Counted from the stretch's first letter, positions 7,902 through 18,866 are shown. The stretch is DNA of 55,227 nucleotides from Gemmatimonadota bacterium (GCA_040389905.1 JAZJZK010000051.1:1-55227); one strand, 5' to 3'. Numbers and translations are program-made. The notes: generated by a model not told the origin, from the sequence alone.

Positions 7902-10759
7902 TTCAGGATGAACGCCACCGTGGGATCGACTGGGTACCGCCCGAATTTCGATCCGTAGATCGCGAGCCCTCCGGGCGTCGCGGCATCGACTTCGAGCCGG
8001 ATGATCACTTCGCCAGAAGATGCCGCCTTCGCCAGTGCGCTGCTCGGGAACGGCACTTTGAGCAACTCGCCGTATGAACCCGCCTCGCGTAGGAAGCGAT
8101 CGCGCTTCTGCGAGAACCACGAAAGAATGCCACGATGATCGGCAGGGTCATCGGCAAGTTCGTAGCGTCCCGCGAGCTCACCATTCACGCGAACGGTCAC
8201 CGCGCTCGGATACTTGGTCACGCCGGTCATCGGGTACGCATTGCGGTTGCGGCTCGGATCCTGGAGACCACCGCCGCGCATGTAATCGCCATTGTCGCGC
8301 GCCGTCGTGTCGCGGTCCTTCCCGAGCAGCCGCTTCGCCGACGCCTCGACAATGAACGACGCCCCCACAACATCGGACGCGCGAAGATCGCTCGGCCACG
8401 CGATCCGATACTCGAAGAAGCCAGAGCCGGCTCCGTTGACCTTGAGGCTGTCCATCACGTTCCACGTCTTCTTCGACCACTTCGCACTGCGATACGACGC
8501 CGGGCTCACGTGCGCAAGCCGAGCACGTCGGCCGTCGGCAAGCTGGACATCGCGGGGCGCGGGACCTTCGACAATGAATGTCGTGAAGTTGCGCTGAAGT
8601 ACGCTGCCGGCAGCGTCCTCGAGCCGAGTGGAGAACACCAGCACCGACGGTTCGTTGGGCATGGTGACCGACTGCGGAGCGAGTGCCTGTGTCATCCACG
8701 GGCGGTACGGCACGCGTCGCGACGACGATGCATACGTCTTCTTCTCTCCGAGCGTGTTCCAACCAGAAAGCTCGAAGCGGAGCGTGAGCGAATCGCCGTA
8801 GGCACGGCTGTCCGAGAGGAATGACGCGAAGAGCGGAACCTGAACGGTCTCGCCCGGGCGAGCCGCGGTACTCATCGCGGACCCGACGGCGACGTACAGT
8901 GGCGAGTGCCAGTCACGCAGCGACATGCCCTCGACGAGTTCGCCAACGCCGGTCTCTTTCGCGGTCCGGTCTGCACGCCAGTAGCCGTTCCATTCGTTGA
9001 TCACGTCGTCCAGCTCCGTGTACAGCCAGCCAGACAACTTCGGATGACGACGGAACGCGTCGACGGCGAGGTGGTAGTCCCAACTCCAGTCGACGTCGCC
9101 GGTGGAGCCGTTGTAGCCCCACACGTTGCCGAACTCCGAATTGAACATGGGCGCCTGCGTCTGCGTGTATCCCTTCTCGTAGTTCCACGGCGAACCGGCG
9201 CGCGTGCTGTCGTCGATCGTGCTGAGGTGCTTCTCCCATTCCCAACCGGGGAGATAGCTGTGCCAGCTGTTCAAGTCCGTCTCGGTGTGTCCTCGTCCGC
9301 AGCAGGGCGAGTTGTCCTCCACGAGCCGCGTTGGGTCGAGTTGCTTCGCGAGGCGTACGCTCTCGATGACCCGCTTCATCGTGGCCGGAAGGTACGTGTC
9401 GCGATTGTTGACTTTCGTGAGGAGCCCCCACGCCTCGTTATACGCGATCCAGGAGAAAACGGACGGATGGTTGTAGTCACGCTCGATCATCTGGCGCATC
9501 GCGTAGTCATGCTCGGCGAATGCAATGGAATCGGGTGGCCCCCACCAGTTCGGGACGTCCGCCATGATGAGAACGCCGAGCCGATCGGCCCAGTAGAGCT
9601 TGCGAGGAGATTCGATCTTGATGTGCTCGCGAAGTCCGTTCAAGCCGATCTGTCGCGCCTTGAGGATTTCGTTGCGCAGAATGGAGTCCGTCGGGAAGGT
9701 GTAAAAACCCGTCGGATGATACGCCTGATCGAGCGAGAGCTGCATGTAGATCGGCTTGCCGTTGAGCGCGACGTACGGAATCGTCGTCCCGGGTAAGTTC
9801 ACCACGGAGATCTCGCGCATCCCGAAATACGTGTCCACGCTGTCGGTCATCATCGCGCCGCCGCGCAACGTGGCCGAGGCGTGATAGAGGTAGGGATCCT
9901 CCAGCGACCAGAGTCGCGCATTCGGAATGGGAATGTCGAAGCGAACGTTCCGCTCTCCTCGTGCGATGCGACGCTCGACGGCAGTGGGCAGTGCCACCTG
10001 GGTCGACGTCTCTGCGTCGTCTCCGCTCCGGAAGCCTACGCGCAGCGTAACGTCGGCTGGTGCTGGTTCACGCAGTCGTGCGTCTACGGATACGCGACCC
10101 GACTTGATATCCGGCGTGAAGTGTACGTATTCGAGGGGATCGCTTCCGCGCGCTTCCAGGTACACCGTCTGCCATAGGCCGCGTGCCTTTCCGTACCCCT
10201 GCTTTCCTTCGAGCTTGAACGCGTGCGTCGTATCGTCGACGCGAAGTGCGAGCCGTTGTTCCGATCCGAACTTGAGCTGTGCTGTCAGCTCGACCGAGAA
10301 TGGGGTATACCCCCCCTGGTGCGTGCCGACGGCCGTACCATCGAGCCAGACCGAGGTCTTCCAATCGGACGCGCCCACCACGAGAAACACACGCTTGCCG
10401 CGCCAGCTTGCCGGCACCGTGATGGAGCGCTGGTACCAACCGATGTCTGCGCTGTCCGGGACGCCGGACAGTGGTGCACCCCACGAGAAGGGCACCAGGA
10501 TGGGACGCGTGTCGCGCAGGGGGGACCGGAACCAGCCCGCGCGTTCTCCAGCATTCGCCTTATCGAACTTGAACTGCCAGTAGCCGTTCAGGTTGATCCA
10601 GTCGGGACGTTGGAAGTCGGGGCGTGGGTGCTCAGGTAGGGGTATTTGCGCCGTGTTGCGGGCGGCTGGCTGCGCGTTGAGCGAACCAGATGCGGCCAGC
10701 GCGACGGACGCCCCGACCATGAGTGCCGTTCGGCGGACGATTATCGAAGTGAGAGACAT
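7898..10759 (-). CDS. Secreted glycoside hydrolase family 2
   Basis: Signal peptide; EHPRPDF, WINLNGYWQF, HQGGYTPF, YFGMREI, RDYNHPSVFSWIAYNEAWG (acid/base NE), NSEFG nucleophile; start could be 10774. Confidence 0.9.
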   Translation of the reverse strand: MSLTSIIVRRTALMVGASVALAASGSLNAQPAARNTAQIPLPEHPRPDFQRPDWINLNGYWQFKFDKANAGERAGWFRSPLRDTRPILVPFSWGAPLSGVPDSADIGWYQRSITVPASWRGKRVFLVVGASDWKTSVWLDGTAVGTHQGGYTPFSVELTAQLKFGSEQRLALRVDDTTHAFKLEGKQGYGKARGLWQTVYLEARGSDPLEYVHFTPDIKSGRVSVDARLREPAPADVTLRVGFRSGDDAETSTQVALPTAVERRIARGERNVRFDIPIPNARLWSLEDPYLYHASATLRGGAMMTDSVDTYFGMREISVVNLPGTTIPYVALNGKPIYMQLSLDQAYHPTGFYTFPTDSILRNEILKARQIGLNGLREHIKIESPRKLYWADRLGVLIMADVPNWWGPPDSIAFAEHDYAMRQMIERDYNHPSVFSWIAYNEAWGLLTKVNNRDTYLPATMKRVIESVRLAKQLDPTRLVEDNSPCCGRGHTETDLNSWHSYLPGWEWEKHLSTIDDSTRAGSPWNYEKGYTQTQAPMFNSEFGNVWGYNGSTGDVDWSWDYHLAVDAFRRHPKLSGWLYTELDDVINEWNGYWRADRTAKETGVGELVEGMSLRDWHSPLYVAVGSAMSTAARPGETVQVPLFASFLSDSRAYGDSLTLRFELSGWNTLGEKKTYASSSRRVPYRPWMTQALAPQSVTMPNEPSVLVFSTRLEDAAGSVLQRNFTTFIVEGPAPRDVQLADGRRARLAHVSPASYRSAKWSKKTWNVMDSLKVNGAGSGFFEYRIAWPSDLRASDVVGASFIVEASAKRLLGKDRDTTARDNGDYMRGGGLQDPSRNRNAYPMTGVTKYPSAVTVRVNGELAGRYELADDPADHRGILSWFSQKRDRFLREAGSYGELLKVPFPSSALAKAASSGEVIIRLEVDAATPGGLAIYGSKFGRYPVDPTVAFILK

Positions 10760-10836
10760 GACACAGCATCGCACTTCCGGCGTGCGGTTGACAAGGGCTG
10801 TCGCTCAGGTGAGCGCGGCGCGCGGTGGCCAGTTGC

Positions 10837-10875
10837 TTGCGTATGGAATATGTACGTATTAGGATTATGTACATA
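10837..10875 (+). promoter_or_regulatory. vapBC promoter with two palindromic operators
   Basis: TTGCGT (10837-42), N17, TAGGAT (10860-65); TATGTACGTA (10849-58) and perfect palindrome TATGTACATA (10866-75) flank the -10 box. Confidence 0.65.
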
Positions 10876-10894
10876 CTTCTAGAGGGTTACAGGC

Positions 10895-11152
10895 ATGGCG
10901 AAGAAGCGAGCGGCCACGGACGGTCGCGCGACGGTCAGAGAGCCAGACGTCGTGTACGGCGCGGGCAAGGTGCCGAAGTCCTATCGCCTTTCCGAGGCGA
11001 CGATCTCGGCCGCGCAGACGATCCTTGGCGTCCCCACCGCGACGGCCGCCATCGAGGTTGCGCTCGACATGGTCGTGTTCAGGGAAGAGCTTCTGCGTGG
11101 AACGCGCGCGATGCGTGGGACGGTGATCCTCCCATACGACGACGAGAGCTAG
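10895..11152 (+). CDS. vapB: Type II antitoxin, VapB-like
   Basis: 85 aa; VREPDVVY and RHH-like KSYRLSEATISAAQTILG…TAAIEVAL; immediately upstream of a PIN gene. Confidence 0.7.
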   Translation: MAKKRAATDGRATVREPDVVYGAGKVPKSYRLSEATISAAQTILGVPTATAAIEVALDMVVFREELLRGTRAMRGTVILPYDDES

Positions 11153-11155
11153 ATC

Positions 11156-11623
11156 GTGGCGCGGGCATCGCGACGCTTCACGCTCGACACCAACCTGTAC
11201 ATTCGCGGATTTCGCGACGCCGATGGCGCGCGCGCGCTGGAGCGATTCCACGCGGCGTTCGCGCCATTCGAGTACCTGAGCGCCATCGTAATGCAGGAAC
11301 TTCGGTCCGGGGCATTGACGTCCGATGCAGCGCGAGCGTTGGAAAGCAACGTGTTTGCCCCCTTCGACCGCCGGAAACGTCTGGTGGCGCCCTCCGCAGA
11401 GTCATGGAAGCTCGGAGGGAAGGTCATGAGTCAGCTTGCCGCGCAGAACGGCATTCCGGTCGCGAGTATGTCACGGAGTTTCGTGAACGACGTGCTACTC
11501 GCTGCGACCTGCCGCGAGCATGATCTCGTACTGGTGACCGACAACGCGCGCGATTTCACGGCGATTCGTAAGCGTCTCGTGTTCGATTGGGTTCAGCCGT
11601 GGCCACCCACGGACTATCGATAG
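11156..11623 (+). CDS. vapC: PIN-domain ribonuclease toxin
   Basis: LDTN, IVMQELRSG, NDVLLAAT, LVTDNARDF: acidic PIN catalytic residues. Confidence 0.9.
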   Translation: MARASRRFTLDTNLYIRGFRDADGARALERFHAAFAPFEYLSAIVMQELRSGALTSDAARALESNVFAPFDRRKRLVAPSAESWKLGGKVMSQLAAQNGIPVASMSRSFVNDVLLAATCREHDLVLVTDNARDFTAIRKRLVFDWVQPWPPTDYR

Positions 11624-11720
11624 ACCGCTGGCTCCCGACGCTTGACAAGGGATGTTTCAACGTCGTACTCAGTCAAGAACTCGTAGCGTTTCGAGATGTC
11701 TATCCTCTTTGCCTGACGCC

Positions 11721-12665
11721 ATGCGACCCGCGATTCGATCGACGCTGGTACTCTGCGCCCTGCTCGCCCTGTCCGGATGCGAACGGAAGAAATCCACGGA
11801 ATTCGTCGTCGGATTCTCGCAGATGGAAAGCGACAACCCATGGCGGCTCGCAGAGACGAAGAGTCTCAAGGACGAGGCGGCGAAGCGGGGCATCACGCTC
11901 GTCGTCACTGACGCACAGGGCCAGACAGCCAAGCAGGTGTCCGACGTCGAGGACCTCATCGCGCGTCGCGTCAGCGTGATCCTCCTGGCGCCCCGCGTGT
12001 TCGACGGGTTGGCTCCGGCACTCGCCGCGGCGAAGGCGGCGAAGATTCCCGTCATCCTCATCGACCGCGCGGCTGCGGGCACCGCGGGCGACGACTACCT
12101 GACGCTGCTCGTGTCCGACCAGGTCGAGGAAGGGCGTCGCGCGGCGCGGTGGCTCGCGGAGCAGACGAAGGGGACGGCGGGAATCGTCGAGCTCACAGGT
12201 ACGCCGGGTTCGTCCGTCGCGGACGATCGCGCCGCCGGCTTTCGCGAAGAGCTCGCGAAGTTTCCAAACATGAAGATCCTCGCGTCACAGACGGGAAGCT
12301 TCTCTCGCGCCACCGGCCAAGGCGTCATGCAGAACATCGCGCAGTCGCTCGGCAAGAAGATCACTGCCATCTACGCGCACAACGATGAAATGGCGCTCGG
12401 TGCGATCGAGGCATTGACGGCGTCCGGCCGCAAGCCGGGAACGGACGTGACGCTCGTGTCAGTCGACGGCGAGCGCGCTGCGCTCGAGGCGATCGAACGG
12501 GGCGAGCTCGGAGCCACGGTCGAGTGCAATCCGCGCTTTGGCCCCCTGGCGTTCGATACGATCGAGAAGTGGCGGAAGGGCGAGAAGCTTCCGCCTAAGG
12601 TGATTGTCCCGGATCGTTTTTTCGACAAGGCGAACGCCAAGCAGTTTATTGCGGACGCCTACTGA
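11721..12665 (+). CDS. Sugar ABC transporter substrate-binding lipoprotein (YtfQ/RbsB-like)
   Basis: Lipobox LSGC; VGFSQMESDNPWRLAET, PVILIDR, AHNDEMALGA, SVDG; start re-assigned to ATG 11721. Confidence 0.9.
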   Translation: MRPAIRSTLVLCALLALSGCERKKSTEFVVGFSQMESDNPWRLAETKSLKDEAAKRGITLVVTDAQGQTAKQVSDVEDLIARRVSVILLAPRVFDGLAPALAAAKAAKIPVILIDRAAAGTAGDDYLTLLVSDQVEEGRRAARWLAEQTKGTAGIVELTGTPGSSVADDRAAGFREELAKFPNMKILASQTGSFSRATGQGVMQNIAQSLGKKITAIYAHNDEMALGAIEALTASGRKPGTDVTLVSVDGERAALEAIERGELGATVECNPRFGPLAFDTIEKWRKGEKLPPKVIVPDRFFDKANAKQFIADAY

Positions 12666-12673
12666 CACGTGCG

Positions 12674-14278
12674 TTGATGAGCTCGCGGAGCGCGCTCGCG
12701 CGGGATGACATAGCCACGAGTGCGCGGCCTGCGCTGCTGCGCATGGAGCGAATCACCAAGCGTTTCGGCGCGGCGGTCGCGCTGAACGCCGTCGACTTCG
12801 AGCTGCGCGCCGGTGAAGTCCACGCGCTCGTCGGCGAGAATGGCGCCGGCAAGTCGACGCTCGTGAAGATCATGACGGGCGCCTATCATCGCGACGCCGG
12901 TGACGTGTGGCTCGACGGTGCGCCTGTCGACTTCGACACGCCCGCAGAGGCGCAGGCCACCGGCGTCTACGCGGTGCACCAGGAAATTCATCTCCTCGGC
13001 AAGCGCACCGTTGCCGAAAATGTCTTCCTCGGGCGCGAGCCCCGGCGGTGGGGATTCATCGATTGGAGTCGCATGCACGCCGATGCGACAACCCTGTTCG
13101 CCGACCTCGGTCTCGAGATCGACCCACGTGTCGTGCTCTCGACGCTCAGCCTCGCGCGGCAACAGATGGTTGCGATCGCGCGCGGTGTATCGCTCGGCGC
13201 GCGCGTTCTGGTGCTCGATGAACCGACCAGTTCCCTGTCGGATCGCGAAACGGAGATTCTCTTCGAACTGATTCGGCTCCTCAAGGCTCAAGGCACGGCG
13301 ATCGTCTACATCTCTCACCGTTTCAGCGAGCTGTACGCGGTGTGCGACCGAGTGACAGTGCTTCGCGACGGTGCCCTGGTGACGACGTGCGCGTTGAAGG
13401 GACTGGAGCGGCTCGACCTTGTCTGTCTGATGCTCGGCAAGTCGCGCGAGGCGCTGCGCGCCGGCACAACTGGATTCGCGAGCGTCGTCACTCCGAGCGA
13501 AGCCCGCTCGTTTAGTCGCCCTGAGGGGAGCGAAGGGCCCGCACCTGCTGAGCCCCTGCTCCGCGCCGAGTCGCTCGGTCGCGGCACCTACCTCCGCGAC
13601 GTGAGTTTCGACGTCCGCCGCGGCGAAATCCTCGGCCTGGCCGGCCTGCTCGGCTCTGGTCGCACCGAAACAGCGCGCGCAGTCTTCGGCTCGACACCAG
13701 CGGACTCGGGGACGATGCGACTCGAGGGTGCCCGATTCTCACCGCACAGTCCTGTTGACGCCATACGAGCAGGCGTCGGGTATCTATCGGAAGATCGCAA
13801 GGCCGACGGCATCATTCCAGACCTTTCGGTACGCGAGAACCTCACGCTCGCCGCGCTGCCGCTCCTCACGAAATACGGCGTTGTGTCGCGCCGACGGCAG
13901 ATGGAAGTCGTCGATCGCTTCATGGCGCGGCTCGGCATCAAGGCGACCAGCGCCGAACAGCGTATTCGCGATCTCTCGGGAGGCAACCAGCAAAAGGTGC
14001 TTCTCGCGCGGTGGCTCTGCATGACGCCGAAGCTTCTCATTCTCGATGAACCCACGCGCGGCATCGACATCGGAGCCAAAGGAGAGATCCAGCACCTCGT
14101 GCAGGAACTCACGGCCTCGGGGCTCGGCGTCATCATGATCTCGTCCGAGATCGAGGAGCTGGTCGAGGGCTGCGCACGTGTCGTCGTGTTGCGCGAGGGC
14201 CGAGACGTCGCCGAGCTGCGAGGCAGCGAAATCTCCGAGCGCGCCATCATTCATGCGATGGCGGAGAGCTCCGCGTGA
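12674..14278 (+). CDS. Sugar ABC transporter ATPase, two NBDs (YtfR/RbsA-like)
   Basis: GENGAGKST Walker A, LVLDEPT, LSGGNQQK signature, ILDEPTRGIDIGAK. Confidence 0.93.
   Translation: MMSSRSALARDDIATSARPALLRMERITKRFGAAVALNAVDFELRAGEVHALVGENGAGKSTLVKIMTGAYHRDAGDVWLDGAPVDFDTPAEAQATGVYAVHQEIHLLGKRTVAENVFLGREPRRWGFIDWSRMHADATTLFADLGLEIDPRVVLSTLSLARQQMVAIARGVSLGARVLVLDEPTSSLSDRETEILFELIRLLKAQGTAIVYISHRFSELYAVCDRVTVLRDGALVTTCALKGLERLDLVCLMLGKSREALRAGTTGFASVVTPSEARSFSRPEGSEGPAPAEPLLRAESLGRGTYLRDVSFDVRRGEILGLAGLLGSGRTETARAVFGSTPADSGTMRLEGARFSPHSPVDAIRAGVGYLSEDRKADGIIPDLSVRENLTLAALPLLTKYGVVSRRRQMEVVDRFMARLGIKATSAEQRIRDLSGGNQQKVLLARWLCMTPKLLILDEPTRGIDIGAKGEIQHLVQELTASGLGVIMISSEIEELVEGCARVVVLREGRDVAELRGSEISERAIIHAMAESSA
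13487..13546 (+). repeat. Family A REP-like element lying in frame in the ATPase inter-domain linker
   Basis: 13506-13546 matches 5514-5554 at 35/41 nt; 13487-13504 is a partial second unit; encodes VTPSEARSFSRPEGSEGPAP. Confidence 0.75.
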
Positions 14279-15207
14279 ACTGGCGGCGTGTGGTTCCTGG
14301 ACCCGAGTACGCGGTTGTAGCAAGCCTCGTTTTTCTCGTCGTCGCCAACTCGGTCTTCACACCGAACTTCGCGTCGACGGGAAATCTGTGGAACGTGTTG
14401 CTCCAGGTGTCGCCGGTGATGCTCTGTGCACTTGGCATGACCTTGGTCATCGCGACCGGCGGCGTTGATCTTTCCGTCGGATCCACGATGGCGATCGCCG
14501 GCGCGATTGCCGGAGTCCTCGTGGAACGCAGCATGGCGTTGGCGCTCGTGGCAGCCGCGATCGGCGCAACGTTCGTCGGTGTGCTCAACGGAACGCTCAT
14601 TGCGGCGCTCCGCGTACAACCGATCGTCGTCACTCTGGCGACGCTGATCGCGGGAAGGGGCCTCGCACAGATCATCAGTCACGATGGCCAACTCGTCACC
14701 ATCGACGTGCCCGCATTCATGACGATCGGACGCGGGCATGTCGGTCCTATTCCGTTGCCCGTCCTGATTGCCCTTGCAGCAGTAGTCGCTTCGATGTTCG
14801 TGGTACGATCAACGGCACTTGGCCGCCACGTACTCGCTGTTGGTGGAAATCCAGCGGCCGCGCGACTCGCCGGTGTCCCCGTGCGACTGACGATCGCGAC
14901 GGTCTATGCCGCGAGCGCCGCGCTGTCCGCAATCGCCGGAGTGATCATCGCCGCCCGACTCGGTGCGAGTGACGCCGCGAAGCTCGGCCAGAACATGGAA
15001 CTCGACGCGATCGCCGCGGTGGTGGTTGGCGGAACCGCGTTGGCGGGCGGCCGCGCGTCCATTGGCGGCACCGTGGCGGGCGCGCTGCTCATGCAGGTCA
15101 TCGCGACGAGCTTCAACATGCTGCTCGTGCCGTACGCATGGTCGCTGGCGCTCAAGGCGGGGATCATTCTCGTTGCGGTGTACCTCCAGCGTCCGAGGCG
15201 CGTATGA
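14275..15207 (+). CDS. Sugar ABC transporter permease (YtfT/RbsC-like)
   Basis: GMTLVIATGGVDLSVG, QPIVVTL, AVGGNPAAARLAG, ELDAIAAVVVGGT; GTGA overlap. Confidence 0.92.
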   Translation: MNWRRVVPGPEYAVVASLVFLVVANSVFTPNFASTGNLWNVLLQVSPVMLCALGMTLVIATGGVDLSVGSTMAIAGAIAGVLVERSMALALVAAAIGATFVGVLNGTLIAALRVQPIVVTLATLIAGRGLAQIISHDGQLVTIDVPAFMTIGRGHVGPIPLPVLIALAAVVASMFVVRSTALGRHVLAVGGNPAAARLAGVPVRLTIATVYAASAALSAIAGVIIAARLGASDAAKLGQNMELDAIAAVVVGGTALAGGRASIGGTVAGALLMQVIATSFNMLLVPYAWSLALKAGIILVAVYLQRPRRV

Positions 15208-16148
15208 GAACGCGCGCCCTCGCGCTCCTTCGCGGCAGCGGCGCTCTCGTCGCGTTGATCGCCGCGTGCATCTTCGGCGTGGCGCGCTACGAAGCATTCC
15301 TCACGCCGGAAAACGTGCTGAATCTGCTGCGACAGAACAGCATGCTCGGCCTCGTTGCGCTTGGCATGACCTTCGTGATTATCAGTGGCGGGATCGATCT
15401 GTCCGTCGGCGCATTGCTCGCCATCGCGGGTGTCGTCGCGGCGATGGTCTCCTCGCGCGGTTCTTTCGTCGCCGTCGTTGCGGGGGTAGGGGTTGCAGCC
15501 CTGCTCGGCACCACGAACGGGTTACTCATCGCAAGAGCGCGCATTCAGCCATTCATCGTCACGCTGACAATGCTCATCGCAGTACGCGGCGCCACACTCG
15601 CCATATCCGCCGAGCAGAGCATCAACGTCGACGTGGGCGCGTCGCGATTGGTCTGGCTCGGACGGGGTGATGTCGCGGGCTTGCCGTCGCCGATCGTGCT
15701 GCTCCTTCTTGCCTATGCCTTCGGCGCCGTACTTCTTCGATTCACACGCTTCGGGCGCTACGTCTACGCCATCGGCGACGATGCGGAAGCGGCGCGGCTC
15801 ATGGGTCTCGCGACGGATCGCATCGTGATTACGACATACGCGTTGAGTGGTGCGTTGGCCGGCCTCGCGGGCGTCGTTCTCGCGGGCCGACTCGGCTCCG
15901 GTCAGCCGGTGGCAGGCGGGGGTTGGGAGCTCGACGCGATCGCTGCGGTCGTCGTCGGCGGAACGATGCTCACCGGTGGGCACGGGGGCGCCGGATCAAC
16001 GCTGATCGGTGTCTTGCTGCTCGGTGTGATCTTCAACCTCTTCAATCTCGAGGGGACGATCAGCCCGTGGTGGCAATGGGTGCTGCGCGGTGGCTTTCTG
16101 CTCGGCGTCGTCGTGGTGCAGAGCCGTTTTCAGCGAAAGACGCCGTAG
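15204..16148 (+). CDS. Sugar ABC transporter permease (YjfF-like)
   Basis: GMTFVIISGGIDLSVG, RFGRYVYAIG, WELDAIAAVVVGGT; start ATG 15204 overlaps the upstream stop. Confidence 0.92.
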   Translation: MRTRALALLRGSGALVALIAACIFGVARYEAFLTPENVLNLLRQNSMLGLVALGMTFVIISGGIDLSVGALLAIAGVVAAMVSSRGSFVAVVAGVGVAALLGTTNGLLIARARIQPFIVTLTMLIAVRGATLAISAEQSINVDVGASRLVWLGRGDVAGLPSPIVLLLLAYAFGAVLLRFTRFGRYVYAIGDDAEAARLMGLATDRIVITTYALSGALAGLAGVVLAGRLGSGQPVAGGGWELDAIAAVVVGGTMLTGGHGGAGSTLIGVLLLGVIFNLFNLEGTISPWWQWVLRGGFLLGVVVVQSRFQRKTP

Positions 16149-16163
16149 GCGTCACCACGTTCC

Positions 16164-16185
16164 GCTCGTTTTGTCGCCTGCACCT
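16164..16185 (+). repeat. Internally deleted family A REP remnant
   Basis: GCTCGTTTTGTCGCC|TGCACCT equals 5514-5554 with the central 19 nt removed between GCC microhomologies. Confidence 0.6.
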
Positions 16186-16211
16186 CCGCCAGGGAAAGGT
16201 AGCGTCGCCCC

Positions 16212-16526
16212 TCACGGCTCCGAAAACCGATACAGCACCTCTTTCTCCCCCCGCACCATCCCGAACTCTTCGCGGGCAATCCGTTCCTGAAGCGCCGGGT
16301 CGGTCTCGATCCGGTGCTTGTATTTCTTGAGCGAGTCGATGATGTGCGAGAGCGAGTCGTTGGTATGGAGCAGCACAGCTCGGCGCGATTTCTGTCGCAT
16401 CAAGTCACGCGTTCCGAACTCGCCCCCCTGCACCGCGAACACCAACGCCGCAACGACTCCGACAGCGATCAACGCGTACTTGATCCGCTGCGGAGTCGTC
16501 GAAGTGGTTTTACGTGATTTGGCCAC
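16212..16526 (-). CDS. ftsB: Septum formation initiator FtsB/DivIC
   Basis: GTG start 16526; single TM, coiled coil, ERIAREEFGMVRGEKEVLY; conserved position after eno. Confidence 0.88.
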   Translation of the reverse strand: MAKSRKTTSTTPQRIKYALIAVGVVAALVFAVQGGEFGTRDLMRQKSRRAVLLHTNDSLSHIIDSLKKYKHRIETDPALQERIAREEFGMVRGEKEVLYRFSEP

Positions 16527-16544
16527 GAAGTCAGGCAGAGTGAA

Positions 16545-16571
16545 AGGTGCAGATCCCTCGACTCCCTTCGG
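16545..16571 (+). repeat. Family A REP half-copy between eno and ftsB
   Basis: AGGTGCAGATCCCTCGACTCCCTTCGG resembles 5478-5504. Confidence 0.6.
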
Positions 16572-16588
16572 TCTGTACTCTCGCTCTC

Positions 16589-17914
<1,326 letters not shown>

Positions 17915-17934
17915 CTAATGCGCTTCTTCCTATT

Positions 17935-18459
17935 TCAGCGCGGCCACTCCGGCTCCACATTCGAGATGTCATTCGGCCGCCCCGCGGACGCCGGATACCG
18001 CCAACCGAGCGTGTCCGTCCCGGTCGGGCATTCCCTTGGGATCGGCCCGCGCCAGCCGCTGGCCCGGTAGTATCCATAGGTGGGGCCATACAGCTCCGTG
18101 AACGGATACGTCGCCGACCGCACCTGGTTCTCGGCGCCGAAGGCAACGATGGGCACGGCACCCGGCGAACAGATGAGCCACGATGCGCGCCGACGCTCAC
18201 GCGCGTCGAGTGGCAGAGTGAACCGACCCGCCGAGTCGGTCACAAACCGCTCGATCGCAAAGCCGCCTCGATCGAGGAAGACCGGTACCTTCGCCTTGGG
18301 CATCTTGTCGATCCCCAGGACGACGCCCGAGAATTCCTTCGACGAGCGCTCGGTGACGAACTTCGTCGCGGCAGAGCCGACGGTCATGATGCCGATGGTG
18401 GCGAAACCAACGAGGAGGAATCGGCCGAGGATTTCCGCAACTTCTTTTCCCGTCAACAT
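17935..18459 (-). CDS. Hypothetical membrane-anchored protein (carboxypeptidase-regulatory/prealbumin-like beta domain possible)
   Basis: N-terminal hydrophobic helix, then FSGVVLG…AKVPV…TDSAGRFTL pattern; two Cys. Confidence 0.55.
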   Translation of the reverse strand: MLTGKEVAEILGRFLLVGFATIGIMTVGSAATKFVTERSSKEFSGVVLGIDKMPKAKVPVFLDRGGFAIERFVTDSAGRFTLPLDARERRRASWLICSPGAVPIVAFGAENQVRSATYPFTELYGPTYGYYRASGWRGPIPRECPTGTDTLGWRYPASAGRPNDISNVEPEWPR

Positions 18460-18563
18460 GCGGTGCTACGCTCCACCCTTTGGCTGAATTGACTCGACCG
18501 ACCAGTCGCGGTCGCGGACAAGCCGAAATTATGCGGCCAGTGCGTGAGCGGGCAATTGGCGAG

Positions 18564-18866
18564 CTACGTCGTCCGCGGGAGCTCGCGAATCTCGACCGTT
18601 CCGCCCGCCTCGTAGACTGGATTCCCCACGACCAACTCCCGTGCGGCCGCGAGGTCCGCTGCCCGAACGCGGATATAGCCGCCAAGGTGCCGAGTTACCG
18701 GTGCGGTCGCACCAGCTTTCGAGATGCACATGCCGTCACCAATCGCGCTGCCGCCAAGAAACGCACCCACGGCGCGCAGGCTCGCGAAGTAGGCCTCCCA
18801 TTCGTCAACCGGCCGGCGGCGGCCGTCTGGGACATCGTCGTGCATGAAGAAGATGTAGTCGTTCAC
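18564..18866 (-). CDS. YciI/DGPF-like protein
   Basis: GTG start 18866; YIFFMH, LGGYIRVRAADLAAARE, NPVYEAGGTVEIREL. Confidence 0.78.
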   Translation of the reverse strand: MNDYIFFMHDDVPDGRRRPVDEWEAYFASLRAVGAFLGGSAIGDGMCISKAGATAPVTRHLGGYIRVRAADLAAARELVVGNPVYEAGGTVEIRELPRTT

